From Alphaproteobacteria bacterium bin98 (GTDB taxonomy: Bacteria > Pseudomonadota > Alphaproteobacteria > Bin98): a DNA stretch of 64,000 bases. The notes beneath the pieces are model-generated. The model was given only the letters and a program-made list of their open reading frames with translations, was not told where the DNA came from and made no database searches. Position numbers and translations under genes: made by a program. Positions 48,109 through 58,117 of the stretch are shown here, piece by piece. The stretch lies in the NCBI GenBank assembly GCA_002238905.1, contig MPNG01000004.1:8461-72460 (forward strand), given 5' to 3'. Each line of letters starts with the position of its first letter. Position 1 is the first letter of the stretch.

Positions 48109-49778
48109 AAAGAAATACCCCCCAGTTTTTCAATTTGGGCACAATCAAGAGGCCTGTCTGTAAAAGGACATGCCTTGCTTGCAATGTTTTCCGCTTTTAG
48201 TTCTCCTACGAGAAGCAGCAACTTGAACCCTTGAACAATGTAGTCCTGCTTTGCTTTAATGAGATCAACTTCTGCAGATACATAATCTTTTTCGGATTGT
48301 AAAAGTTCTACTGCAATTCTTGATCCTTGCGCAAAACCTTCACGGAAAGATTTCCAGGATGAAGCGGTAGCTTTTACGCGTGATTGCAAGTGCCGCACAG
48401 ATCGTTCAAGCCCTTTAAATTCATCCCAAGCCTGTTTCACTTGAATGAGAACATCGAGTCGTGTGTAGCGCTTTTTGGCTCTTTCTTGTTCCAATCTATA
48501 ATCACTGATGCGAACGTTGTGGCGTGTTTGTCCTTTGTAGTCAATGGGAATAGAAACTTGCAATTGTGCATACATATCTGTACGTTTTTGAGGGTGATCA
48601 GGCCTGTCTTTCTCTGTGTAAAAAGATCGTCTAAGACCGTAATCAACACCCGCTGATACAGAAACGGTAGGAGAATAGCCACCACGTGCAGAAAGAGCTT
48701 GATATTTTAAGGCGCGCGTTTCTTTATCAGCGCGTTTGATGCTGTAGTTATTTTGCAATGCACGCTCTTTGGCTTCTTCCAGAGAGACAGGGAAGTAAGG
48801 AGGAAGTGTGAGAGGCAACAAATGCTTACCGTCGATTTCTTCGTTCATAATCTTTTCTAAATTTGAGCGTGTTTTGGCGGTAGCAATTTCTGCTTTGTCT
48901 AATTCTGTCCGCGCTTGTGAGAGCCCTGCGCGTGCACCCTTCATTTCTGCTCGTGTTATGTCACCGTGCTTTAATCTATCCTGTGCGACTTTGAGGGCCT
49001 CGTTAGCAAGCATGCAGCTTCGGCGGCGCACTAAAAGAAGGTTTTGTGCTTCGATGGCAGCAGAATAAGCGTTGATAGCTTCTAAGAATACGCTGGAAAG
49101 ACCTTCTTTTGCTTCAAAGCGGGAGGCGTCTAAGCGAGCATGACTGCTCTTGAAATCATGAAACGTAGAAAACCCTTTGAAGAGAGTGTAAGAAGCGTTA
49201 ATACCCATAGTGTCGTCGTGTTGACGTCGTGCAGGGAATTGGCGCTGAGGAGAATCTTTGGTTGTATCATCAGAAGTGCTTCTTGTGCTCTTGTAGGTTG
49301 CGGACAAATCAGGAAATAGTGATACGCGAGACATTGCAGCGCGTGCATCAGCTTCCCCCAGTTGTGTGTGAAGATTTGCAACCTTACTGCTGGTAAGGAC
49401 GCTTTTCAGTGTGTCTTCTAAAGAAAGGATTTTTGATCTGTCTTGAGGACGTGTTGACGATTCAATTTTTGCACTTAGCTTTTCTATGTTTTCATCAATA
49501 TCCACAACTGCAGCGAGATCAACGCCCTCAATGTCAGCGTCGTAATCATCATCATAATCGTCTTCTGCGGGTATATCGAATCCTTCGCGGACGATTGAGT
49601 TTTGGTCATCTAGCTCTGTGGAGTGTTCATTGCGAGTGAGAAGCGGCGCCTCTGGAGGTCTTACATCTTCAGCAGTTTTTTCCCAATGGGCATTTTTGTC
49701 TGTCACAATAGAGTCGACCAACCCTACTTTTTTTGAGTAAATAACGAATGGAATAAGATATATCAGCCAACAAATCAT
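48105..49778 (-). CDS. tolC: TolC-family outer-membrane efflux protein with about 110-aa acidic N-terminal extension
   Basis: two-repeat OEP architecture; extension rich in D/E/Y (DDYDDDYDADIEGVD). Confidence 0.65.
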   Translation of the reverse strand: MICWLIYLIPFVIYSKKVGLVDSIVTDKNAHWEKTAEDVRPPEAPLLTRNEHSTELDDQNSIVREGFDIPAEDDYDDDYDADIEGVDLAAVVDIDENIEKLSAKIESSTRPQDRSKILSLEDTLKSVLTSSKVANLHTQLGEADARAAMSRVSLFPDLSATYKSTRSTSDDTTKDSPQRQFPARRQHDDTMGINASYTLFKGFSTFHDFKSSHARLDASRFEAKEGLSSVFLEAINAYSAAIEAQNLLLVRRRSCMLANEALKVAQDRLKHGDITRAEMKGARAGLSQARTELDKAEIATAKTRSNLEKIMNEEIDGKHLLPLTLPPYFPVSLEEAKERALQNNYSIKRADKETRALKYQALSARGGYSPTVSVSAGVDYGLRRSFYTEKDRPDHPQKRTDMYAQLQVSIPIDYKGQTRHNVRISDYRLEQERAKKRYTRLDVLIQVKQAWDEFKGLERSVRHLQSRVKATASSWKSFREGFAQGSRIAVELLQSEKDYVSAEVDLIKAKQDYIVQGFKLLLLVGELKAENIASKACPFTDRPLDCAQIEKLGGISL

Positions 49779-49857
49779 AATTTAGAACTCTCTCATACAG
49801 TATAGCAGAGAGACGGCTTTATGAGGAATGAAATTTTTGAACGTTTAGAATTTTTTT

Positions 49858-50187
49858 TTAATATTGTGGAATAACTGAGTTGATATGGCAACTCCATGCA
49901 TGTATGCCGCCTGTGATATTAAGTGCATTGAAACCTTTTTGTGTTAAAAATTGCACAGCAATAGTGCTGCGTATGCCGTAGTGGCATAAGATTGCAAAAT
50001 CGTAATTTTTTTCTTGATTTTTGCGTTGGCAAAAATCCAAGAGATCTTCTGGCGCCACTAAATGCGCAAAATCTAAATGTGCTTTTTTAATTTCCCATGG
50101 TGCGCGAATATCAATCACCAAAGGTGCATCATTGTTTAGGCGTTCGAACAGTTCATGTACTGTGATTGATTTTATTGATGGTAGCAT
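49858..50187 (-). CDS. rhodanese-domain sulfurtransferase (single domain)
   Basis: 109 aa; active-site loop CHYGIRS. Confidence 0.7.
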   Translation of the reverse strand: MLPSIKSITVHELFERLNNDAPLVIDIRAPWEIKKAHLDFAHLVAPEDLLDFCQRKNQEKNYDFAILCHYGIRSTIAVQFLTQKGFNALNITGGIHAWSCHINSVIPQY

Positions 50188-50882
50188 TTCTTTTTTTCTT
50201 TATTAAAAAGATCATTGAGATTTTCTAAAAAATCTCTTCCTCGCTCGCCTTGATATTTCATAGGTGGCAGTGTGTACATTGTGCAATACCCGGTAGCATG
50301 AAACGTTATTCTTTTTGCGCTTGCAAAATCTCTCCAGTTATGAATCAGCGGCACAAGGGTTTTGTGCGGTAGGCTGCGCAAAAGGGTGTAGGTGAGCGCT
50401 TTGCATTTCGTGGGTTGATTGGGAAGTGTGCGCGTTCCTTCAGGAAAAAGCATGATAGGTCTGCCATCCTGTGAACGCTCTTCAATTAAGGAGTGTAATG
50501 CGTTAAAGGTCATGCGATCTCTGCGGACGATGATGGCGGATGGGCAGTGGTAAAAGAAAAATCCAAAGAATGGATAAAAAAGAGCGTCTGCTTTTATAAC
50601 AAAAATAGGGTTGTAGTGATAGAATAATAGCGCTGTTTCTGTGAGCGTGTGGTGTAGCGGCGCAAAGATAGTATGCTTGGGGAATGTGGGATAATCGCAC
50701 CGAATGCGAGCGATATATTTTGTGAAAAAGTAAACAATCCAGGCGGGGGCATGTAGGAATTGTTCTTTTTTGAGGAAAGGAACAAAACATATGATGTAAC
50801 CCATAATGGTGATAGACAATACAGAGACCGCAAAGAAGAACTCGATGATGTATTGTAAGATTTTTGGTATAAATTTGCGCAT
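50172..50882 (-). CDS. lysophospholipid acyltransferase (PlsC family)
   Basis: FPEGTR motif and H-x4-[DE] block; N-terminal TM. Confidence 0.6.
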   Translation of the reverse strand: MRKFIPKILQYIIEFFFAVSVLSITIMGYIICFVPFLKKEQFLHAPAWIVYFFTKYIARIRCDYPTFPKHTIFAPLHHTLTETALLFYHYNPIFVIKADALFYPFFGFFFYHCPSAIIVRRDRMTFNALHSLIEERSQDGRPIMLFPEGTRTLPNQPTKCKALTYTLLRSLPHKTLVPLIHNWRDFASAKRITFHATGYCTMYTLPPMKYQGERGRDFLENLNDLFNKEKKKCYHQ

Positions 50883-50958
50883 AATTGATTATAATCGAGT
50901 AGTAGTCTTGTTGGCAACTTAACACAGTGGAAAAATCATGTTAGAATCCTAGTGGTTT

Positions 50959-51035
50959 GGCGGAGTAGCTCAGTTGGTTAGAGCGGTGGAATCATAATCC
51001 ATGTGTCGGGGGTTCGAATCCCTCCTCCGCTACCA
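50959..51035 (+). tRNA. tRNA-Met (CAT), elongator-type
   Basis: GTAGCTCAGTTGGTTAGAGC D-arm, anticodon loop tCATaa, GGTTCGAATCC, CCA encoded; no initiator 3xGC. Confidence 0.85.
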
Positions 51036-51047
51036 TTCCTTGATTTA

Positions 51048-51139
51048 GGAGGGGTGGCCGAGCGGTTGAAGGCGCACGCCTGGAACGCGTGTATATGTTG
51101 CAAGATGTATCAAGGGTTCGAATCCCTTTCCCTCCGCCA
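51048..51139 (+). tRNA. tRNA-Ser (GGA)
   Basis: GGCCGAGCGGTTGAAGG D-arm, anticodon ctGGAac, long variable arm, CCA encoded. Confidence 0.85.
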
Positions 51140-51218
51140 TTTTTTTAACTTACCAGATATTTTGATAAAAATTGCACTCAAGCGTATCTACCCTTTTACG
51201 TGGAAAGCCATGGTAGCT

Positions 51219-53150
51219 CTAAGTTAAACGCATCGCTTCTGTTTGTGCTTTGTAAAGACTGTAAAATGTACCTTGTTGTGCGAGCAGTTCATCAAATTGC
51301 CCTTGTTCAATGATCTTTCCTTCTGAAAACACAAGAATAGTGTCCATTGCGCGAAGAGATGCAACGCGGTGTGTGGCGATGAGAGCAGTTTTTCCATCCA
51401 TAAGATCGGTAATCGTCTCTTGGATTTTTTGCTCTGTTAAGGGGTCCAGCTGAGAAGCTGCTTCATCTAGAACAAGGATAGGTGCGTTTTTTAAAATAAC
51501 TCTTGCAATAGTAACTCGTTGTTTTTGGCCGCCAGAAAGTTTTAATCCTTGTTCACCAACGATAGAGTCGTATCCTTCAGGCTTTGTTTTAATAAAGGAG
51601 TCAGCGTCTGCTAGTTGTGCAGCGCGTGTAACTTCTTCCATAGAAGCATTGGGTTTTCCATAAAGGATATTTTCTTTTAAAGAGCGATGAAATAGCTGTG
51701 CATGCTGCGGAATGCATCCAACAGCTTGATGCAGCGATGAGATTTGAATGTTGCGTATATCTTGTCCATCTAAGGTGATTGAGCCAGAGTCAACATCATA
51801 GAGTCGTAAAAACAGGTTTAGAAAAGAGGATTTACCACTTCCTGACTCACCCACAATGCCTACCTTCTGTCCATGTGGAATGGTTAAGGAGAGGTTTTCA
51901 AAAAGAGGCTCTTCTTCTTTGTTGTAGGAGAATGTAACGTTGTGAAAAGTGATTGCTCCACGGGTTTTTTTCAAAGGCTCTGCTTCTGGCGAGTCCTTTG
52001 TTCCTATGGGTGCAAGAAGATCTGAAAGAGCACTGTTTACTTGCCCAGTTGCGTCTTGAAGGTCGTGCACACGGTGTACCAGGTTCCATAGGTTGTCTGC
52101 AATATACGCAGAGCTTCCGAGGATAAAAACCGCATCACCAAGAGAAAGTTTGCTGTGTTCATACATAAGCAGAAGGCCAAAAGCGCCACATGCCAAAAGA
52201 GATGACATGCAAATCCCCTGCAAAATATTCATAACGAAAATGGTCCATTCTTTACGCTGATAAGCGAGAAAAAGCTGTGATGTAAATGAGCGAATGTATT
52301 GGGTTTCAAAGTCCAATCGTGAAAAAAGGCGCACAGTATCTATATTAGCAGTGCTGTCTACAATGCGGCCAGAAACATTCGCTAGTTCTTGAGCATAAAG
52401 CGCTCCGTTGCGCATGATGCGGCGTTGAAAGAGGGCAATGATCACAAAAAACACGCATACCCAAAGAGCAAAAAATGTGGCAAAAAGGGGATGGATAAAG
52501 GCGATTGCGACTGAGGAGATGAAGATTTGCGCTACCGCATGTAAGACGCACGCCATGGCGCCGTAGCATGTGCTTTCAGCAAAGAGCGCTACAATATTAA
52601 TTTTTGCGGATAAAGATCCTTTCAGATTATTTTGAAAAAACGCATGAGAATGTTGACCAATATAGTTGAACAGGTGGCTCATGATTTTTGTTTTTATCAT
52701 TGGCGCCGTATGAATACGAATAATACCAATGCAGCGCCAAAGCAGCTGGTTGCCTTGATGCACAAGAATATAAACAATGACGCTTGCAAAAGCGCTATCA
52801 AACGCTAATGCAGGAGATATGTTGAGGGAGTCGATAATTTTTTTAAGGGTGAATGAACTGACTGTCGAATAGCTGCTGGCGCCAATTAAGGCTATAAAGA
52901 ATAGTACAACACGAACGGGGTAGTCTTTGTAACACCAGTGTAAAAAAGGCCAAAACGTTTGAGGTATTTTTTGTTGTTTGTCGTTCACATTACATAATAC
53001 ACGCTTACAAAAAATAAAAAAAGGGATTAGAACATTAAGAAAAAATGTTAGTCTTTGTTGTATATGGAGAGTGCATGACAGAAAAGATAGCAGTTGGTTT
53101 GGTATGTGGTGGCCCTTCTTTGGAGCGTGGTATTTCTTTAAATTCAGCAC
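51219..53150 (-). CDS. ABC exporter, fused permease/ATPase (MsbA-like)
   Basis: 6-TM N-domain; Walker A GESGSGKSS, signature LSGGQKQRV, Walker B ILVLDEA; true start uncertain. Confidence 0.8.
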   Translation of the reverse strand: MLNLKKYHAPKKGHHIPNQLLSFLSCTLHIQQRLTFFLNVLIPFFIFCKRVLCNVNDKQQKIPQTFWPFLHWCYKDYPVRVVLFFIALIGASSYSTVSSFTLKKIIDSLNISPALAFDSAFASVIVYILVHQGNQLLWRCIGIIRIHTAPMIKTKIMSHLFNYIGQHSHAFFQNNLKGSLSAKINIVALFAESTCYGAMACVLHAVAQIFISSVAIAFIHPLFATFFALWVCVFFVIIALFQRRIMRNGALYAQELANVSGRIVDSTANIDTVRLFSRLDFETQYIRSFTSQLFLAYQRKEWTIFVMNILQGICMSSLLACGAFGLLLMYEHSKLSLGDAVFILGSSAYIADNLWNLVHRVHDLQDATGQVNSALSDLLAPIGTKDSPEAEPLKKTRGAITFHNVTFSYNKEEEPLFENLSLTIPHGQKVGIVGESGSGKSSFLNLFLRLYDVDSGSITLDGQDIRNIQISSLHQAVGCIPQHAQLFHRSLKENILYGKPNASMEEVTRAAQLADADSFIKTKPEGYDSIVGEQGLKLSGGQKQRVTIARVILKNAPILVLDEAASQLDPLTEQKIQETITDLMDGKTALIATHRVASLRAMDTILVFSEGKIIEQGQFDELLAQQGTFYSLYKAQTEAMRLT

Positions 53151-55450
53151 GCACGCTTTTGGACCACTTAGGCGCTTCGGACGACATAGAGATTGTGCCT
53201 TTTTATGTAGATGTAAAGGAGCGATTTTACCGTATTACCTGTGCTCAGCTTTACTCTAACACCCCATCAGATTTTGATTTTAAACTAACAAAAAAAGATC
53301 TATTACCATGGGAGAAATGTGTAGAGCATATGCGAGATTTGGATATTGTTTTTCCTGTGATTCATGGTGCGTTTGGCGAAGATGGAACGTTGCAGAGATT
53401 GCTAAACGAAGCTGGTATTCCGTTTGTGGGCGCGGACGCTTCTTGCTGCCGTCAAATGGTAGATAAAAAATCTATGCGTATGTTTTTGAAAAAGAAGAAA
53501 CTGGGTCATTTAGAGTCGTTGCAGGTTTTGTATCAAGGTGAGTCAGGGTTGGCATGGATGGTTCAAAAATTTTGGGATGAATCTGTCCAGAATGCAGCGG
53601 TTGTGAAACCCAATAGGGGTGGATCATCCATTGGCGTTTCCATGGTTACGAGTGTGGATGAAGCCATGCGCTGTGTGTCAGATTTGCATGATCGGGGTGA
53701 AAAAGAGGTCATCTTGGAGCCGTTTGTGCATGGTCGTGAATTTACCGTTATTGTGTTACAGGACCATGAAACAGGCTCGCCAGTGGCACTTCTTCCTACA
53801 GAAATAAGTCTTTTGACGGAAGAGAGATTTCCAATGTTTTCTTACCGACGAAAATATTTACCAACCGCGAATACACTGTGGACGTGTCCATCGTTTGAAG
53901 AAAACCATATGTTAGAAAGCATTCAAAAAGAAGCGGAGTGTCTTTTTGAGAGTTTGGGGTGTCGTGATTTTGTACGATTTGATGGATGGGTTGTGGATGG
54001 CCGTATTGTATGGTCGGACTTTAACCCTATTAGCGGTTTTGAACAAAACAGTTTTATATTTTTGCAAGGTGTACGAACAGGCATGACCCATCAACACGTG
54101 CTGCGCTATATTCTTAATAACGCTTTGCAGCGTGTTGATAAAGCGCTGCCACTTGGTGTGGAATATGACCCTGAGGTGTCTGGTCGCAGCGTGAGGGTGC
54201 TGTTTGGTGGAGATACGGCTGAAAGGCAGGTATCACTGATGAGTGGATTGAATGTTTGGTTGCAGTTGATGCACACCCGCAATTATGTGGTTACGCCTTA
54301 TTTATTGTCAGGCAATGATGTGTGGCAAATACCGTATGCATTTGCGTTGTTTCATACAGTGGAAGAAATTTTAGAACAATGCCAAAGTGCTCTTGCTGTG
54401 CGAAAATCGGTGTTGTCGCTGCGAGCTGACTTGCGTGATCGGCTGCATCTGGCGCCCATGGAAGATTTTGAGATGCCTACACGTACATCGTTGACAGAAT
54501 TTATCGCTCAGGCAAAATCTGATAATGCCTATGTGTTTTTGGGGCTTCATGGCGGTATAGGGGAAGATGGAAGCATACAAGCGCTTTTAACGCAAAGTGG
54601 CTGTCAATATAATGGATCACTTTCTGAGCCAAGCGCTTTGTTTATGGATAAGAAGCGCACAGGAGAGTATATTAACTCCTTGCATATGTCGCATATATCA
54701 GCTCTTCCTAAGATTTTGCTTTCTGCTAAAGAGGGAGTGAGCTCTTTTGACAATTTATGGAAACGTTTGGTTTCTGATTTGGGTTCAAAAAAAATTATTA
54801 TTAAGCCAAACTTTGATGGTTGTTCTGCGGGTGTGGTGTTATTAACGAGAGCGCATGATTTGAAAATATACTTTTCTTTGCTTGGTCAGGAAGCTGTGGA
54901 AATTCCTCCACATACCTTTGAAGCGCAAGAAAGCGTTATTGTGTTGCCGCATGCAGAAGAGCTTATTTGTGAGCCATTCATTGAGTGTGACGAGATTTGT
55001 ATTCGCAATCAAGAGCTTACTCTTAAGAAAAAAACAGGTTGGGTGGAGCTTACGGTAGGGGTTGTGCGTGCAAGTGGTCAGCAGAGGCATCACGCATTTC
55101 ATCCAAGCATGACGATAGCGGATGGATCCGTTTTAAGTTTAGAAGAAAAATTCCAAGGAGGAACAGGCATTAATATTACACCTCCGCCTGTGCTTGTGAT
55201 GTCAGAAGATGACATTATAGTAATGCGGAAAAGGCTATCTGATCTAGCAAGTAAGCTAGGAGTTGGTGATTATGCGCGCATTGATCTTTTTTACCATCGT
55301 GAGCGCAAAGAAATGTGTATCATTGAGGTAAATGCTTTGCCGGGATTGACGCCATCAACAGTGTTGTACCATCAGTCCCTTGCTGACGAAACTCCCCTGA
55401 CTCCAAGGGAGTTTCTAGCGTTTATGTTGAAGAGATCAGCGCAATCTTAA
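53075..55450 (+). CDS. ddl: tandem-fused double D-alanine--D-alanine ligase (two complete ATP-grasp Ddl modules)
   Basis: module 1 VIHGAFGEDGTLQ...GGSSIG...RRKYLP...SDFNPISG; module 2 GLHGGIGEDGSIQ...DGCSAG...IEVNALPG. Confidence 0.8.
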   Translation: MTEKIAVGLVCGGPSLERGISLNSARTLLDHLGASDDIEIVPFYVDVKERFYRITCAQLYSNTPSDFDFKLTKKDLLPWEKCVEHMRDLDIVFPVIHGAFGEDGTLQRLLNEAGIPFVGADASCCRQMVDKKSMRMFLKKKKLGHLESLQVLYQGESGLAWMVQKFWDESVQNAAVVKPNRGGSSIGVSMVTSVDEAMRCVSDLHDRGEKEVILEPFVHGREFTVIVLQDHETGSPVALLPTEISLLTEERFPMFSYRRKYLPTANTLWTCPSFEENHMLESIQKEAECLFESLGCRDFVRFDGWVVDGRIVWSDFNPISGFEQNSFIFLQGVRTGMTHQHVLRYILNNALQRVDKALPLGVEYDPEVSGRSVRVLFGGDTAERQVSLMSGLNVWLQLMHTRNYVVTPYLLSGNDVWQIPYAFALFHTVEEILEQCQSALAVRKSVLSLRADLRDRLHLAPMEDFEMPTRTSLTEFIAQAKSDNAYVFLGLHGGIGEDGSIQALLTQSGCQYNGSLSEPSALFMDKKRTGEYINSLHMSHISALPKILLSAKEGVSSFDNLWKRLVSDLGSKKIIIKPNFDGCSAGVVLLTRAHDLKIYFSLLGQEAVEIPPHTFEAQESVIVLPHAEELICEPFIECDEICIRNQELTLKKKTGWVELTVGVVRASGQQRHHAFHPSMTIADGSVLSLEEKFQGGTGINITPPPVLVMSEDDIIVMRKRLSDLASKLGVGDYARIDLFYHRERKEMCIIEVNALPGLTPSTVLYHQSLADETPLTPREFLAFMLKRSAQS

Positions 55451-56703
55451 TACCCTTGTTGTGCGATTTGGAAATTGTTTCCAATACCAGCAAATGGATT
55501 GTTAGGAGGAGGAAATCCGCCTGGAGCGAAGTTAGGGGGAGGGAGGAATCCACCTCCTCCACCGAAGGCACCAGGTTGTATGCCTGCTGGTCCGTACCCA
55601 CCACTTCCTGTCGATCCAAATCCAAATCCGCCTGTTGTGCCTACGCCTTGGGCTTGTTGGCCTTGACTTACCATTTTCATAAAGGCTTGCTGTGATCCTT
55701 TGCGTGGTGTAAACCAGGCCTTGGAAAGAGTGATGTCGCCCAATTGTGCATCACCTATTAGACAAGCTGGCACAATTTCATGCTCCGCTATTATTTGCAT
55801 CCTTTCACCGTTGTTAGGGTGAAAAATACGACCTGAGAGACAAACAGTGTTGCAGAAAGCGACAATGATTTCTGCAACATCTTTCGCAAAATCATCTTTG
55901 GCGCTTCCCTCTTGCGCTTGGTTTTCGCTACCCGGGAAATTACCAGGATATCGGGAAAATGCCATTGGGTTTACAAGAAGCGCTAGCTTGGATGTAAGCG
56001 CTTGTACAGGGTCCCAGTCTTCGACTGGTTGGGCTTCCTTGTCTGTAGCCAAAGCACAGATAAGCGCTTTCTTCTCTCTTGCGTCTTTTAATGGCTGGGA
56101 ACCATCCACTTGGTTTTCAAAAGCCTCTGTATTTTCCGCAGATCGCGGAAAAGCGAATTTATGCCCATTATACAGTTTTGTAGCCTGATTCCACTGGGCC
56201 CGCAATGGTGAGTCAATACGCATATCCATTCCTATACTTCGAGGTCCCTGCATGCAAAGCTGTGTACACTTAGCCCCCGCCCAACCAGGGTGTGCTGTCC
56301 CCAGTGCCCTAAGAAGTTGTCGAATTTGACCAGCTTGAGTTAATATACCGCCACCATGGTGTAAAAAACAACGCATAAGACCGAGAATAGGATCACCTGT
56401 TGAAATACAGGGCCCCATAGTGGCCTGTCCGAATTTTTGTGCAGCACGTTTAGCTTTGTTTTTGAAAAAACTCAAAGAGCGTGTGAGGCGATGCTTGGCT
56501 TTGTTTGCCACCGCAATTCCTGCATATCGGGTGCCACTATATGCTCCTTGTGCTGCTCCTTGTATTTCTTGGGAGAAGCCCTGTCCATCTTCGCTGCCAT
56601 TCCCATACTGCTGCTGATACTCATACTGCTGCTGATACTGATCAGTAGACATGAGCACAGATGAATGACAGGCTATCAAAATAAATAAAAAAAGTAAAGC
56701 CAT
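55447..56703 (-). CDS. hypothetical secreted protein with QQYEY repeats and C-terminal Gly/Pro/Phe-rich low-complexity tail
   Basis: SD aggggaggag; signal peptide MALLFLFILIACHSSVLMS; tail GFGFGSTGSGGYG...GGGGGFLPPPNFAPGGFPPPNNPF. Confidence 0.55.
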   Translation of the reverse strand: MALLFLFILIACHSSVLMSTDQYQQQYEYQQQYGNGSEDGQGFSQEIQGAAQGAYSGTRYAGIAVANKAKHRLTRSLSFFKNKAKRAAQKFGQATMGPCISTGDPILGLMRCFLHHGGGILTQAGQIRQLLRALGTAHPGWAGAKCTQLCMQGPRSIGMDMRIDSPLRAQWNQATKLYNGHKFAFPRSAENTEAFENQVDGSQPLKDAREKKALICALATDKEAQPVEDWDPVQALTSKLALLVNPMAFSRYPGNFPGSENQAQEGSAKDDFAKDVAEIIVAFCNTVCLSGRIFHPNNGERMQIIAEHEIVPACLIGDAQLGDITLSKAWFTPRKGSQQAFMKMVSQGQQAQGVGTTGGFGFGSTGSGGYGPAGIQPGAFGGGGGFLPPPNFAPGGFPPPNNPFAGIGNNFQIAQQGY

Positions 56704-56842
56704 TACTTTTCTCCTCCCCTCACTATATCTACCAGGGCTACTGTTAAAAAGCAAGATGGTAATGCTGCAAAGTTTGTATAAATAATTTGATATGAACTAG
56801 TTAGGCACTGTACCTCTAAATTTATATTCGTTAAAATGAACT

Positions 56843-58117
56843 GTGTTGCAAGATATAAAATATATACTTTCTTTAGATAATTTACCAAAAAATTTGCAGA
56901 AATTGCTGAAGGAATCAGAAGCAAAAGGCTGGAAACCGTTGCTTGTGGGCGGCTGTGTGCGAGATGCTTTGCTTGATCGCATGCCGTATGACTTTGATGT
57001 TGAAGTGCATGGTTGCTTTGATATAGAGGATTTTGCTGCTTTCATGCAAGAGCTTTTCCCAAAAGTTTCTTTTGTCGGCAAAAGTTATGGTGTTTTTAAG
57101 GTTAGTGAAAACCTTGAGGTTTCTTTGCCGCGTCAAGATTGCAAAACAGGACCAAAACACCAGGACTTTTCCGTTAAAATTTTGCCAAATGCAAACTTTA
57201 AGCAAGCCTCAAAGCGTCGCGACCTCACTGTTAATAGCATAGGATATGATGTGCAAAACGAGACGATTATGGACCCTTACCATGGTCGCCGTGATATAGA
57301 GAATAAAATATTGCGTTGTGTTGATAAAGATACCTTTGCTGAAGATCCGCTTCGCCCATGGAGAGTTATGCAGTTTGCATCCAGACTGCAAATGAATCCG
57401 GATTCCGAGTTGATAGAGCTTTCACGTTCTGTTGTGCTGGATATATCCGGAGATCGTGTTTACGGAGAATGTCGAAAATGGCTGAGTGCAGGAGTGGACT
57501 TGAGAGCGGGGTGGGTTTTTCTGATCAAGGCGAAATTGGATCGCTATATACCTATTTTTCAGGAGTTTCTGCATAAAAACAACCACCATATTGATGATGT
57601 GCAAAATGCTTTGTGCGTGCTGCAAGATCAAGATATCGATGAAATCGATCGTGTAACATTAGGATTATTTATTGTGACGTTTTTATGTCCGAAGCTGATC
57701 AAGGTTTTGCATGGATTGAGCGTTCCTATGGCAGAGCAAAAACGGATACAAGCGATTTATACGTTGTGGAGTGTGTGGAGTGCGGTGCGCTCTCTTGATT
57801 ATGATCTGACCGTACAGCTTATCAAAGTGGAAGAATTGGGAATGACGCACACCACATTATGCGCTCTTGCCGATATTATGGCTGTATTGGTGGAAGAAGA
57901 GGTTGATGGATGGCATGATTGTGTTGAGGAATGGGAGCAAGCAAGAGAGCAAAGTAGGCCCATCATTGAGGGCAAAGATTTGTTAGCGTTGGGTATGAAA
58001 GAAGGTCCATATATTGGTGACTTATTGAAGCGCTGTCATCGCCATCAGGTTACAAAAGCTATTCATAATAGAGATATTTTGTTAAAGTGGATCATATCTA
58101 CTGAGGGGGAAGGATGA
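56843..58117 (+). CDS. cca: tRNA nucleotidyltransferase (CCA-adding) / poly(A) polymerase family
   Basis: head motif GGCVRDALLDR...DFDV; consistent with tRNA-Cys lacking encoded CCA. Confidence 0.75.
   Translation: MLQDIKYILSLDNLPKNLQKLLKESEAKGWKPLLVGGCVRDALLDRMPYDFDVEVHGCFDIEDFAAFMQELFPKVSFVGKSYGVFKVSENLEVSLPRQDCKTGPKHQDFSVKILPNANFKQASKRRDLTVNSIGYDVQNETIMDPYHGRRDIENKILRCVDKDTFAEDPLRPWRVMQFASRLQMNPDSELIELSRSVVLDISGDRVYGECRKWLSAGVDLRAGWVFLIKAKLDRYIPIFQEFLHKNNHHIDDVQNALCVLQDQDIDEIDRVTLGLFIVTFLCPKLIKVLHGLSVPMAEQKRIQAIYTLWSVWSAVRSLDYDLTVQLIKVEELGMTHTTLCALADIMAVLVEEEVDGWHDCVEEWEQAREQSRPIIEGKDLLALGMKEGPYIGDLLKRCHRHQVTKAIHNRDILLKWIISTEGEG

Noticed and set aside
50941-51227. tRNA-Met/tRNA-Ser pair as an island boundary, including ORF 51003-51227
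   Set aside because: The same reasoning applies. The ORF is made of tRNA sequence and flanking genes are housekeeping on both sides.
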